In this document: positions 26,187 through 39,126 of the stretch, piece by piece
Layout: every line of letters starts with the position of its first letter
Numbering within the stretch: the stretch's first letter is position 1
NCBI GenBank assembly: GCA_951406725.2
Contig: OX597820.1
Span: 3,038,001-3,102,000 of the forward strand
Length of the DNA: 64,000 nt
Direction: 5' to 3'
Source: Octopus vulgaris
Lineage: Eukaryota
Made by a program: the position numbers and the translations under genes
Notes under the pieces: model-generated
What the model was told of the DNA's origin: nothing
Database searches by the model: none
What the model saw: the letters and a program-made list of their open reading frames with translations, nothing else

Positions 26187-26283
26187 TTTAAAATTTCACC
26201 TGAAGAAAGCAGATTCTATGTCATGATGTAATCTATGAAGACATTAATAAAATTCTACTGAAACAGCTGTCGTAAATTTTAAA
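26187..26283 (+). ncRNA. Type I hammerhead ribozyme motif with palindromic stem III
   Basis: TTTAAAATTTCAC-CTGAAGA-A-AGCAGA...TCTACT-GAAA-CAGCTGT-C-GTAAATTTTAAA. Stem III ACAGCTGT is a perfect palindrome; GUC cleavage triplet. Confidence 0.7.
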
Positions 26284-26770
26284 TTCCATTTGTGTTCTCT
26301 GTTTTTACCTATGCTACACCTGGAACCAACCCCAGAGTCAGATCTACAGTTTGTATCGGATTTGGTACTTGCATAGCTACAGTATCCTACCAACACCTGA
26401 TACTTTCATGATTGTTTATCATATGTTGTTACACCTAGCCATTTCTAGCATCCTGCATGGTGATATGCCTAGATTCTATTGAATCATTATAACTAATTTA
26501 TACATACATTTTATATAATATATGTATTTATGTAATTAGGGGATAGGTTAATCTCTGAGTCTGCTGAAATGAACTGATAGTTCTGCATATAACATCTCAA
26601 GGTACATCTTTTTCACTGATGAAATTATGCTCATGTCACATAAATGCAAATTCAATGAACAAATCTGTAATTAAATCAGTGAGTATTAATTGAAACGGTT
26701 GTAAGAAGTGAAGACGACCAATTTGTTAACAATAAATAATTTTTCTTGTCTCCATTTTCTTTTCTCCATT

Positions 26771-26822
<52 letters not shown>

Positions 26823-27408
26823 AAAGTAAGATAGGGGTTATGGATGTAACCCACTAAGGGATAGCATTTATCCAATATACTGTTGGTATAGTACCCAGAT
26901 TCTTAATATATAAATGCTTTTAATTGCAATGCAATTAACTCATTTATTGTATTAAACGGGTGAAGTTTAAGAAATATTTTTACCGTAAATTTATAATCCA
27001 ACATTATAATATCCAAAACAAACAAATTTGTTTTACCATTTTCTTATTTGTATTATACATATATATATATATATATATATTACAGGGCATCATATGTGAT
27101 GCACAGGATACTTGGCAGATAATCAAAGGTTGCCAAACAGAAGTATATTACCCACTAATTAATAAAGTACCAACATATATTGCCCCAAGACTAAATCAAA
27201 TTAATTTCTATGAGCTAGAAATTGGATGTTTACGATAAGATTATGGAAATGATTTGAACAAGCAAAGAGTTAATTCTGATTATGTTCTTAGATTGATTTT
27301 AGATTAGAATTAAAAATGATTAAAAATAAAATGAAAAGTAATAAATGACTTTGAAAATATTCGACAATTAACTGCAAATTAAAAAAGAAAATTGTGGCAT
27401 CAACTCAC

Positions 27409-27514
27409 TTGCTCTAATCATGTCTTCTAACTGACGACCTTTCAGTTCAAGTTCTCTTAGCTTAGCATCAATATCAACCACTTCAAGAGGAATTTCAGAA
27501 GAGGTGAACGTTTT
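27409..27514 (-). CDS. MICAL-L: MICAL-like protein, bMERB (Rab-binding coiled coil) first exon (KTFTSSEIPLEVVDIDAKLRELELKGRQLEDMIRA)
   Basis: Acceptor ttctaattttAG, donor GTgagt; 106 nt, phase 0 to 1. Contains the 'L.ELE.KG..LE..IR' signature of bMERB helix 1. Confidence 0.9.
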
Positions 27515-28343
27515 CTAAAATTAGAATAAATAAAACTTAACTGAAACATGACTGTGAGTAGTGAAACAAAAACAACAACAGAAAACAAGGCAATGATATT
27601 TCAACTGATAAGAGTGATTAAAAATATAGAAGAGATTAAATAGAGAGCTTATATTGGCAAGCTTGTTTTGCTATGCCGTGCTTGAGAAATACAGAATTGG
27701 TTTGCTTCTGGCTGACCTGAAAAATGGCAAATGGAGTGGCACTCAGAAAAATTAGCAACACATACATCTATGCATATTTGCCAACTGTGTTGGTAGAATG
27801 AAATGTCAGCTTTGAGTAAGTAAATCAACAGAATGGATTGTGTGGTTGTTAGGTTTCCTACATCTGACATCGTCCAATAAATAGAAATGAATAAATAAAG
27901 ATGACGACTGATGTAACAGAAGCAATGGAACCCAAAATGGACAATAAAAAGAAATGATAATACATTATAGATTTGCTTAACCATTCGTTGAGCAGGGTGG
28001 TGCAGTGGAAGTGTTACCAGGCTCAGAATCCAGAGGTCCACAGATCAAAACAACACTCTGCACAGAAATGGATGCTCTCTTTGATCCTTATACATTGCAA
28101 CTAAGTTGTCTACGAATATATCAACCATGTACATGTGTGTATACATACAAGGAAAGGATAAATCCTATTTATCCAACAGAGATGTCTACAGGGTCAAGGG
28201 GTCACCAACATACTGCATGTGGCCCAACCACTGGCTACCTGCACCCCACACTAACATACTTTTCTGGACACAGAGCTACCCAAGTTCACAACATCAGATG
28301 TATTAGACAGTGAGCCAGGAGTTTCTTTAACCTTTTATTCTCT

Positions 28344-28787
28344 AATACAGTTCTATAATAAAGAGATGAGGAATTATTTACATTATTTACATTTGACGGA
28401 TATTTGTCCTCATCTTGTTTGTTGTTAACACAACGTTTCGGCTGATTTACCCTCCAGCCTTCATCAGGTGTCTTGAGGAAATTTCAAACCTGGGCTCTCA
28501 TTCCTAAGGTATTTTTCCAATGTTATTAATATTATTATTATCATCATTATTATTATTATTCAGTAGTGGTTAAGAGCATGGGCTACTAACCCCAAGATTC
28601 CGAGTTCGATTCCAGGTAGTGACCTGAATAAACATCGAAAAATACCTTAGGAACGAGATCCCAGGTTCGAAATTTCCCCAGGACACCTGATAAAGGTTGG
28701 AGGGGTATATATCAGCCAAAATGTTGTGTTAAGAACAAACAAGATGAGGACAAATATCCATCAAATGTAAATAATGAAAATAATGTA
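28344..28787. mobile_element. Fold-back tRNA-headed, hammerhead-tailed element (family H), copy 2
   Basis: 12-bp TSD CTTTTATTCTCT at 28332-28343 and 28788-28799. tRNA-like head at 28564-28615; inverted arms of about 150 bp. Confidence 0.8.
28427..28472 (-). ncRNA. Intact minimal type I hammerhead ribozyme (family H)
   Basis: Reverse complement: GACAC-CTGATGA-A-GGCTG GAGGGTAAAT CAGCC-GAAA-CG-T-T-GTGTT. 5-bp stem I, 5-bp stem II, palindromic AACGTT stem III. Confidence 0.75.
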
Positions 28788-29065
28788 CTTTTATTCTCTT
28801 TGCATCTATTTGCCAGAACCTTTTTGAGCCAGGTAACACTACTACTACTACAACTGTTAATGATGATGATGATGAGCCATCAGCAGGGTATGTGGGTCAT
28901 TTGTAGTCAACTAGTCTGATGAAAATGGTATGTTTCAAGCTTTTGGTTCTTTGCCAATAATTTTGATGGGAAACATTTAGCATCAAAGTTTATTTTGTGG
29001 TTTAGTAGAAACAAGCAAAAGACTGATAAGACGATAAGACAGAAGGGAAATAGGGCACGTACGAG

Positions 29066-29093
29066 TGTGGGTGTGTGGGTGTATGAGTGAGGG

Positions 29094-29124
<31 letters not shown>

Positions 29125-29356
29125 CATGTGTGCGTGTGTGAGCAAAAGAGAAAGTGTGTGTGAGAGTGTGAGGGGGAGTAAGAGAGTATGTGTGTGTGTG
29201 TGAGCAAAAGAGTGTACACGTATGTGTGAGAGAGTGTGTGCGTGAGGGACGGGGAGACAGTATTTGTGTATGAGCAAAAGATTGTGTGCATATGTGTGTG
29301 TGCAAGAGAGAGAGAGGGAGAGAGAGAGAGTACATGTGTGTGTGTGTGTGTGTGTG
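29066..29356. repeat. Compound (GA)n/(GT)n low-complexity tract with recurring GAGCAAAAGA
   Basis: Seen directly. Confidence 0.85.
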
Positions 29357-32300
29357 CTCTTGTGAGTGCAGCAAATCTGCCCATTTAATATTCATGATGT
29401 TGTTGTTATTCCTCTTCCTGTTAACAAACCGTTTCACTATAAAACCTCCATGAAAGTCTCTGAGTAGAGTTGCCCATCAATAATTGATTGCACCAGCGTC
29501 TATTCCAACCGAATCCTTCCCTACACCATGTTAATGGAACCGCTTCCAATTCTTCTTCCAATAAACTCTCACCTCTGGGATGGCCTCATTTCGTACAAAC
29601 TCTTTCCTTTTTTCACATCAATGATTCAGTTGCCATCACTGCCAAATGCACTCCATCCACAATCTAGAGCATAGCTGGAACTTTCCATTCTGTGACAGAA
29701 ACCATTGGTAAGGTGTGGCTGTGTGGCAAGACATTTGCATCCCAACCACATGGTTCCAGGTTCAATCCTGCAGTGTGACACCTTAGGTAAGTATCTTCTA
29801 CTATAGCCTCAGACCAGCCAGTGCCTTCTGATGGAAACTGTGATGGAAACTGTATGGAATTAGTGACATGTATGTATATTATGTGTGGGTGTAGGTTTCT
29901 GTGCCATCCCACTCCCTCACAACTGGTGTTTGTTTATTGACATCCCTGCAACACAGTGGTTTGGCAAAACAGGCCAACAGGATAAGTACTAAACTTTAGA
30001 AGATAAGTGCTGGGGTCAGTTTATTTGACCAAACCCCTTCAAGGTGGTGCCCTGGCACAGACTTAGTTCAGTGACTGAAACAAGTAAACAATAAAAGATA
30101 TAAACCCAAGCTAAAACGACACTTTGATTTAGTTCAAGTAGAGACCCTTTCAGACCCCATGGATTAGACATGTTGCTTTCAGAGCCTGCTGGCCCTGTGC
30201 CAAAATATGAAACCATTGTTTTGGAGATGGCAGAATCATTAATGCACCAAAATGCTTAGCGGCATTTTGTCTGTCATTACAATCAGATCGCAAACTCCAC
30301 TGAGGTCAACTTAGCTTTTCATCCTTTTGAGACAGATAAAATAAGTACCAGTTAACTACTGGGGATTAATGTAACTGACTTGCCCCTCCCCTCAAAATCT
30401 GCCGGCCCTGTGCCAAAATTTGGAACCATTATGTTTTCAAGAAGTAAGATGGCAAGCTGATGGAATCATTAGCCTACCAGACAAAATACTGAGTGGCATT
30501 TCGTTTGTCTTTTATGACCTGATCTCAAATTCCAATGTGGTTGGAATTTGCATTTCGTCCTTTCGGGATAAATAAACACCAGTTAAGTAATTGACTTCCC
30601 CCTCCCCTCAATGGGGTGGTCTTCACCGGAATGCTTTTCCCCATAGAACTGCACAATCAGGGATGACTTGGGCAAACAATAACGATACTGTTACTATCTA
30701 CAGACAGATATATCACCTGATTTATCTGAAGAGGGACTTTGTTCTCAGACACAAAACCCCGGCTGACATAGCAATTTCCCTTCTTTAACTCTTTTGATTC
30801 CCAACCTCTTGAAACCATCCCTGGTTCTAGGCTATAAATCCAGTTTTTAAATGGCCTAAATTAAAACCTTTTCTCTAAATGACAAAAGTTATTTTTATAA
30901 ATTCTTTGTTGTTTCCAAAATGAACTGAAACCAAAGACAGTCCAACAGAAATATGCTAAGGAATGAGTTAAAGGAAACTTCAAGTGTTGCTTTGTCTTTT
31001 GGGTTTTTGGGTTTTTTGTTTACCAAAATTTATACTTGCTGATATTAAAAATAAATAAATGTGCCCTTTTAAAACCTAACCAGGACCTGGTTTCTACGGC
31101 ATATGTGTACCCCAGCTGGATGGGATGCTAGTCCATCGCAGCGTTACTCATTTTTGCCAGCTGAGTGGACTGGAGCAATGTGAAATGAAGTGTTTTGCTC
31201 AAGAACACAATGTGTCGCCCGGTCCAGGAATTGAAACCACAATCTTACAATCATGATGCTGACACCCTAACCACTAAGCCATGCACCTCCACACTTGCTG
31301 ATATTAGATATCAGTAATCTGCAGAAACCTAACCCCACCCCCTCGTTATTCTACGATATGTTTAATCTCTCATATCTTGGTTTCCACAAAAGCTGCCAAT
31401 TCATTCATCTCATTCACAGATTCGTTGTATTCAATGTCGTTCCACAAAAGACTGACTCCAGGATTAACAAAAACATTTTTATTCAAATTCATTAATTCAC
31501 ATTTTTATTTGGTTTGCTCACGTTGTAACTGAGATTTGAAAAATTTGCATATTCTTGTAAAGTTTCATGATTTTAATAATGTTTTTTCAATGGTTTAGTC
31601 AGGCAGCACCAATGTTTTGTTTCAGAGCCTCTCAGACAGTGTCAGGACAACAGCCTCTGCATAATTGGTCTAGATAATTGCTTTAACCTACACTCTGGCA
31701 TGTTCTACAAACTTTAACCTATAAACGTTGGGAGAGCGATTAACCAAGAACTGCTGTCTCCCAGGAGCAACTGTCAAGGAACTATCAGAGAATGAGTGGG
31801 GTTGCCCTGGGACCCTCCAAGACTTGTGCAAGGTAACAAGAAAAAGGCAGTGGTGTTGACTGAGAGACAGAATAAGTTTATACAGATTTACAATATTCTC
31901 TGCACTCCACCAGTATGGATATAATTTTAATACGGTTTTTATTGTAAGTAGGACTATATATCGGATGTTCTTAAGATATTATTAACATATTTATACATTT
32001 ATATATAAATATATTTTTAGTACATGATTTTGTGAACATAATAATTCTACAACAGAATATATTTTAGTAACCTATCTTTTGATTCACCGTTATTTTCCCT
32101 ATTTTTCTATGGCTGAAATATACAGAGCACTTCAATGTGTCCTATATATAGAAAAAATTTCATCTCTTGAAAATAAATTTTACATACACACACACATATA
32201 TCATCATTATCATCATTTAGCATCCGTTTTCCATGCTAGCATGGGTTGGACGGTTTAACTGGGGTCTGTGAAGCCGGGAGGCTTCATCAGGCCCAGTCAG

Positions 32301-32685
32301 ATTTGGCAGTGTTTCTACGGCTGGATGCCCTTCCTAACGCCAACCACACCGTGAGTGTAGTGGGTGCTTTTTACGTGCCACCTGCACAGGTGCCATCATC
32401 ATCATTTAGCATCCGCTTTCCATGCTAGCATGGGTTGGACGGTTCAACTGGGGTCTGGGAAGCCAGAAGGTTGCACCAGGCCCAGTCTGATCTGGTAGTG
32501 TTTCTACGGCTGAATGCCCTTCCTAACACCAACCACTCCGTGAGTGTAGTGGGTGCCTTTTACGTGCCAGGCGAGGCTGGCAACAGCCACGATCGGATGG
32601 TGCTTTTTACGTGCCACCGGCACGGGGGCCAGTCGGGGCGGAGCTGGCAATGGACACGGTCGGATGGTGCTTTTTACGTGCCAGA

Positions 32686-33070
32686 TGCAGGAGTGGCTGT
32701 GTGGTAAGTAGCTTGCTTACCAACTACATGATTCCGGGTTCAATCCCACTGCATGGCACCTTGGGCAAGTGTCTTCTACAATAGCCTCGGACCGACCAAA
32801 GCCTTGTGAGTGGATTTGGTAGACGGAAACTGAAAGAAACCCGTCGTATATATATATATGTTTGTGTGTCAGTGTTTGTTCCCACAACATCGCTTGACAA
32901 CCGATGCTGGTGTGTTTACGACTCTGTAACTTAGCGGTTCGGCAAAAGAGACCGATAGAATAAGTACTAAGCTTACAAAGAATAAGTCCTGGGGTCGATT
33001 TGCTTGACTAAAGCTGGTGCTCCAGCATGGCCGTAGTCAAATGACTGAAACAAGTAAAAGAATAAAAGAA
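32686..33070 (+). mobile_element. Full-length family A SINE
   Basis: GCAGGAGTGGCTGTGTGGTAAG head through GAAACAAGTAAAAGAATAAAAGA tail. Confidence 0.9.
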
Positions 33071-36000
33071 TGTATGTTTGTATGTAGGGTATCAGGACAA
33101 AATGCCACAGGACAAATTTTATAGAAAAATATCAACTAATAAATACCTAAAATTTTATTAATAAAACTTAACGTTTCCAAAATATTTTTATTGTAAAAAT
33201 AGAAGAATATCTCAGGGATATTATATCTGCAAGTATTTGGTCAAGCTGGAGCTTTAGTAGAAGACACTTGCCCAAGGTGTCATACAGTGGGACTGAACCC
33301 TGAAACTATATGGTTAAAAGGCAAACTTGTTAACCATTCAGCTACACCTACACATATAGGCTTCGTAAATTCTCATTCGCAAGTTGTGAGGAGACCCCCT
33401 TTGGTCGTGACTGACCGTGGGATTGCACCTAGAAAGTTACCCTCCCAGGTACAAGTCCGGGCAAGGTTGTTTATGGAAGACCAACAGTCACCCATGCATA
33501 CCAACCTCCTTTCTCCACGCCACTGATGTTATCCAAGGGAAAGGCAAAGGGGCCAATACAGCTTGGCACCTATGACGTTGCAACTCTTTCCTACAGCTGA
33601 GTGAACTGGAGCAACGTGAAATAAAGGGTCTTGCTCAAGAACACAACACACAGCCTAGTCTGGGAATTGAACTCACAACCTTACGATCGTAAGCTCAACA
33701 CTCTAACCACTGGACCATGTACCTTCACTACATCCGCAAGTTGTAAACTTGTTAAAATATTATACTTTGCTTTTCATTTCCATTTATCCATTGTAACTTT
33801 ATTCTAGTACTGCCAAAATTTCTGGGTAAAAGAAGTCCCCATATTTATTGAGGAGTATTTCATGGTTGGTGAGAAGAAAATCTGTTTTTATATTTGTATT
33901 AAAAATAAAAGTCTTGATGTGAACTCGACAGACAGACCTGAAGAAGATCTGGACTCATAGAGGGCATGTTTTGAAGGAGTTAGGAGGAATGACAAAAAGA
34001 CAAACTCAATTAATTGACTGAGCAATCAATTAATCAATTGGTTAAATTGTTAACCAACTAACAAAAAGTGAAGTGAACTAGAATCAGTGTGTGTGTGTGT
34101 TTGTTTACTATTGTGTAATGACCCTCTCTTGATACAACAAAATAAAAGAAATGCAAATGTCTGGACTAGAAAATTCAAGAGAGTCTGTAGATGTCAGTTA
34201 AGTTTAGTTGTGATGAGGGGGCGAAAAAAGCTGACATTTCCTATTAAGATGCTTTAAGGAGAAGTGTTTAAGTAATGGCTGAACTGGGTGAAGTGATAAA
34301 AAAGAAAGAAAAGCAAAATAGGAGTGAATAGGTTAGATGAAAGGAAGAGGAAATAGCTAAGGAGATAATAGCAGAGAATGAGATATGTGAGTTGAGAAAG
34401 TGTGAGAGAGAGAGAAGGAAGGGGAGAGAACGTGGCAGGGGTAAGAGGGGTAAAGTAGTCCATGTTAGTGTCAAGATGACCAAAGCAGTGGAACATAATT
34501 TCATTATGGAGAAAAGTGGTGAGTGTGAAAAGAGGAGGAAGGCTGAGTGACCAGGCTAGGAGTGTGGACTGTGTTGACCAGCACCAGGCAGACAGACCAT
34601 GCAACTACAAAGAAACAAACTAGACAGGAGCAGGTGGGGGGGGGGGGTCTCAATTCGAAGAACTGAGCAAGGATTTCATGCTGATCTGCCAGTCATTCAG
34701 TTGCCTTTGGACCATGGTGTTGCCCACCACCAAAGATGGAGATGTGGTGAAAGAAGTGGGTAGAACAGGGTTGAAGTAGCAAAACAAAGATTCCAGGATG
34801 CCAGGGAGGTCATTGCGGGCAGCCATGAAATATTCCAAGAACTAGACCAATGTTCTGAACCAGGTTCCACATGGTCTATGGGGACCCACAGAAGAGTCCA
34901 TTGTTAAAATTTATCACCAATAAAGTTGTTATGCTTTAACAATACACAAAATATTTTAACAATTTTTTTAAATACAATTCCTAACAATATTTAATCATAA
35001 ACAATGAGATTTTATAAACCCTTTCATTACCAACCTGGCTGAAACCGCCTCTGGCTCTGTAGTACAAATGCCTTGTTTTCATAAGTTTTGAATGAAAATC
35101 TTACACCAAACCTTGGTCACAATTTATCTTCCTAACACTGGCTTAATGATAACTGAGTTATTTTACTAAATTCTTTGTTATATTTAAAATTAATTGAAAG
35201 AAGCACAGAGCATCTCAAAATAAATACAGTAACTAAAGGGTTAATATCAAATGGTTATAAGGGTCCACCCGAGTAAAATAGGAATCAAGTGGGTGGGGTT
35301 GTGGATAAAAAATTGTTGAGAAATGTTGAACAAGTCACTCAAGCATTCCCTGATTTCTTATGCATATAGAAATTATTGCATTGATGGCATTCAGTAAATT
35401 ACCAGCAGAAATACAATAGATGGGAAACTTGGACAGAGAAGTTGAGGCTAAAGGAGTGGTATTGGAGATGAAAGAACCAAGGTTCCACCAGGAATGGGTG
35501 GCAGAATGGAGTCAAGATACTGTTTTGTTATTTTTGGCTTCCTGTCACTATATATTATTTTCATTGCATTTTACTAAAAATTTCTTACTATATAAAGATA
35601 AAATATTTGTATAGATTCTGAAAAAACCCTTAATTCTTCATGGGGTGTTTATTTATAAATGTATTAGAGATTTCTTTCAGGAAATTAGATGGCTTATTCT
35701 GTCATTTGAACTTATGGGGTTACAAGCAGAAATAAGTCTTAAAACAGTTCCTGCTGCCAAACAGCTTTATCAAAAATCTTCAGGACATCCAATTCAGTGT
35801 GAAAGAACAGTAGCAAATACTGAACGTTCTTAGACCCCATCGTTTAATGTATGATGTCTGCAACCCAGCCATTATACCATTGACTTTAAACAGTGATTTG
35901 CTATAAATCCTCCATTTGCTTCATTAGTTTAATTAAAAAGAATTTTTTACATGGTGGCATTTCCCATTTGCCTGAACTGCAAAACTAACTGAAGGAATGA

Positions 36001-37299
36001 ATTTTCCCCCCAAATACAACAACTGAAATTTACCTAGAAAAAAAAAAAAGTCGAAGAGCCAGTCCTTGTTCCTTAAAACTACAAAGATTGCAGTCAAACT
36101 ATGAATTTCATTGCATGCTAAGAGTAACTTCCCAATGGCAAAAGGGAGCAACATAATATGCAAAATCAACTATTTAAATATAATTTCTAAGTATTGAATG
36201 GGTCAGCCATGCATTAGCACCCTCATTTAATGTCTGTTTTCCATGCTGGTAGAGGAAGTTTATCAGGATCTGGTAAACCACAGGACTTTGTGCAGCTCCA
36301 ATATCAGCTTTGCCCACAGCAAAAGACCACCTTGTACACAGTATGTACAAGGTGCTTTTTACGTGCCACCAGCACTAATGAGATTCCGAACTTGCAAGAA
36401 AAGGAAAATGCTCCCTTAATTAATTGGATGTGGGGAACAAGTTGATTATAGTTGTCTCAGTCAGTTATCAATCTTTTGTGGGGTTCAGCATTCTGAAAAA
36501 ATACTTCCCCTCACTGTTACCCTAAGATCTCACAGCCCTTCTCCACCCCTCTGTAATCCTCATCTGTACACATCACATGTGTATTACCTGTGCTGTGAGC
36601 TCACCTGTACACATCAGCTAACACCTGGTCATTTCTTCAGCTCATTTAGGCTTTACCATTCATGTGGGTTACTGTTACATCTCTTCCCATCCCTAGCAAA
36701 ATTTATGCTTCGTGCAGTTTCCTTTCCATATGGACTCAGCACTAATTAGAACACTGTTTAATAGAAACTATCAACTCATAGAATTCGTTAAATGGTTGAT
36801 TGTCCTATTAATTACACAAGTGCACCAATGACTGAAACTTTCACAGTTTGACCCCTTAGTTTAAGGACCATGTTTCAAGTGGATCCCTTTTACCTTTCTA
36901 TCAGTTGATGACACTGTAACGCCAGTCATGGAGGTTATCGCATTCCTACACAATCTCGTTAATTACAGGTGTAACTGCTCTCCCGGTGTTTCAGTGATTA
37001 TCACTTTTGCATCAGCTGCTTTCTCTGCCTTCGTCTTTTTCAAAAATAGTCCTACTAACCAACTGTAAATCACCTCAGTAGCTGGTCCCTTAGGTGATTC
37101 CCCTTGGGGCAATCACTATCCCACTGATTCTTGCTCGAAAAATCTCATAATAGGACTAACACTGTGTCTATGTTGTAGGGGTCCTTCTTGTTAATGACAT
37201 CGATTCAAATGTAAATGTTTCTTACTAATTCAACCCTCTCATTATCATCGTACTGAACCTTCTCTCAGCTTCACTCCTCACTAAATATAAATAATAGTC

Positions 37300-37342
37300 T
37301 GCAGCTGATGAAATGTAATAATGCAGAAACTTGTGTCCTACA
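37300..37342 (+). ncRNA. Degenerate hammerhead motif, unit 1 of a tandem repeat
   Basis: TGCAG-CTGATGA-...-GAAA-CTTGTG-T-C-CTACA; stem II eroded. Confidence 0.5.
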
Positions 37343-37484
37343 ATCAGATGACATAAGCCCAGCTTCATGTCTTTTCACACACATTTTTCATAAGGAGAAT
37401 TGCTCTTCCAAGACATTCAGTGATTTTAACTCATTCACAGAAACTCAATGTACACAACTGTATTTTAATCATCACTGCTTAGTG

Positions 37485-37692
37485 CAGAGGTCGGGGAACT
37501 TTTTTAGCCAATTACCCCCAAATATACTTATTTACGCCGATGTTATCCCCTTGATTCGAAAGGAAGAAAACCACAAACAACAAAGAACACAGTTTTTATA
37601 TAATTTTACTTATGTCTAAGGAGTCCTCATTACCTGTAAGAATTTCAGATTTACCGCACTTAGGTTAATTTACCCCAGTTTGCTGACCCATA
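37485..37692. mobile_element. hAT-type MITE
   Basis: 8-bp TSD GCTTAGTG at 37477-37484 and 37693-37700; imperfect TIRs CAGAGGTCGGGGAACT / AGTTTGCTGACCCATA. Confidence 0.75.
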
Positions 37693-37805
37693 GCTTAGTG
37701 TGTCTTTAATTCCAGCTTGACAAAGCTTTGCACACACCAGCAAATTTATTGTTTGTAGTATACATAACGGCAGTTCTTAGTAAGCTACAATCAAAACATC
37801 TGGTG

Positions 37806-37846
37806 TGTAGCTGATGAAGCATAACAACACAGAAACATGTCCTGTA
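37806..37846 (+). ncRNA. Degenerate hammerhead motif, unit 2 of a tandem repeat
   Basis: TGTAG-CTGATGA-...-GAAA-CATG-T-C-CTGTA; palindromic stem III ACATGT and GUC site. Confidence 0.55.
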
Positions 37847-37975
37847 GTCTTATAAGTGAGATGATATCCACAGCACAATGGTGTATTTTCAATTATCTAA
37901 AAGAAGAATTTCTCTCCCAAGAGTTACTACAGTGAAAATTTTTCCACATTCGGGTTTATTCGAATATGTTGAATA

Positions 37976-38225
37976 TTGGGTTGGTGCATAATTATTGCAG
38001 CTTTTTTCAACAAATTTTATTCAAGAAAAACAATAACAATATTTAACAAAAACATCTTTAAATGACGGTCTGATCGTCTGCCAAACAAATGGGAAGTAGT
38101 AATTGAAATAAATGGTGAATATGCTCCAGAATAATCATTTAAAGACGGTTTTGTTGAATATTGTTATTGTTTTTGTTGAATAAAATTTGTTGAAAAACAG
38201 CCGCAATAATTATGCACCAACCCAA
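37976..38225. mobile_element. mariner-derived MITE
   Basis: TA TSDs and about 90-bp inverted arms beginning TTGGGTTGGTGCATAA. The spacer encodes DRLPNKWEVVIEINGEYAPE*, a mariner transposase C-terminus. Confidence 0.9.
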
Positions 38226-38329
38226 TATAAATGCACACATCTTTAATTTAATCATTGCTGCTTAGTGTGTTTTTAATTAATACCTTGTAGTGCTTTTTCT
38301 TGTCCTTTTTCATTAATTACTTCGTCAAA

Positions 38330-38870
38330 AGTTGAGGGGCCCATGTCCCATGTCAGTCCTGGCAGACTACTTAATGTTCAGTTGGTGGTGATGAAAACCC
38401 ATCGGAATAAAAAAACGTAAGTGGTGAAGGAATTCCAAAACTTTGCAGATCAGGAGAACCCTAACTGGACAGACTGTTCCATCTCGGAGGTTTGGTGTAG
38501 GGGTGAGAAGAAGAAGGAGGAGGAGGAAGAGGAATGGCTGCAGGCAGTGGAGGAATTGGTTGCTTAAAATGTAATCGAAGACTCAGAAAGAAGGATCAGT
38601 GTGGGTTTAGCAGTAATTCAATAGAGGTGAGTGAGTATTTGGCAAACGGCTGTGTTGGCCTTCATTTGACAAGTTAAAAGTCGTGAACATGTTTGTATGT
38701 TTAGCAACAGCATCACTCGAAATAAGTGAGAAGTGGTACAATGGTGAAGAATTGTGAAATCTTGAGAAGAGGCTTTGTCTTTGGTATGCAGATCTGGTAA
38801 CATCATCAGAGATTGTAATATCCAGGGTTGATTGGAGAAGAAGAAGGAAAGGCTTTTAGGTGTGTGTGGT
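38330..38870 (-). mobile_element. Decayed CR1/L2-group LINE fragment
   Basis: Degenerate similarity to the fragments at 1160-2700 and 10129-10400. Confidence 0.35.
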
Positions 38871-39083
38871 GTAAGACTGTCCCTTTGCTAAGAGTGGTGA
38901 ATGTGACTTTGTGCTACTGCAAGGTACCAGGTGATCAATGGAACCTGCTTACAAGGGGTCTGTTTAGAGATGCAGGGCACATGTGGTAAAGTGACCAGGA
39001 TGTATGTGGCTAGGATTACAAGAACAGCATCATGTGAGTATTCAAGCAAGTTACTATTCTAGTCAGGTAACTCATGACCAAAT

Positions 39084-39126
<43 letters not shown>

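Noticed and set aside
28564-28615. Possible tRNA gene
   Set aside because: 5' acceptor strand missing and T-stem imperfect; it is the head of a repeat. The same applies to all SINE heads.
28907-29437. 176-aa His/Thr/Ser-rich ORF and overlapping ORFs
   Set aside because: Products of CA/CT low-complexity sequence.
31915-31990. Minus-strand CTTAAGA...AAAACCGTA, hammerhead-like
   Set aside because: Two catalytic core positions are wrong and stem II is not evident.
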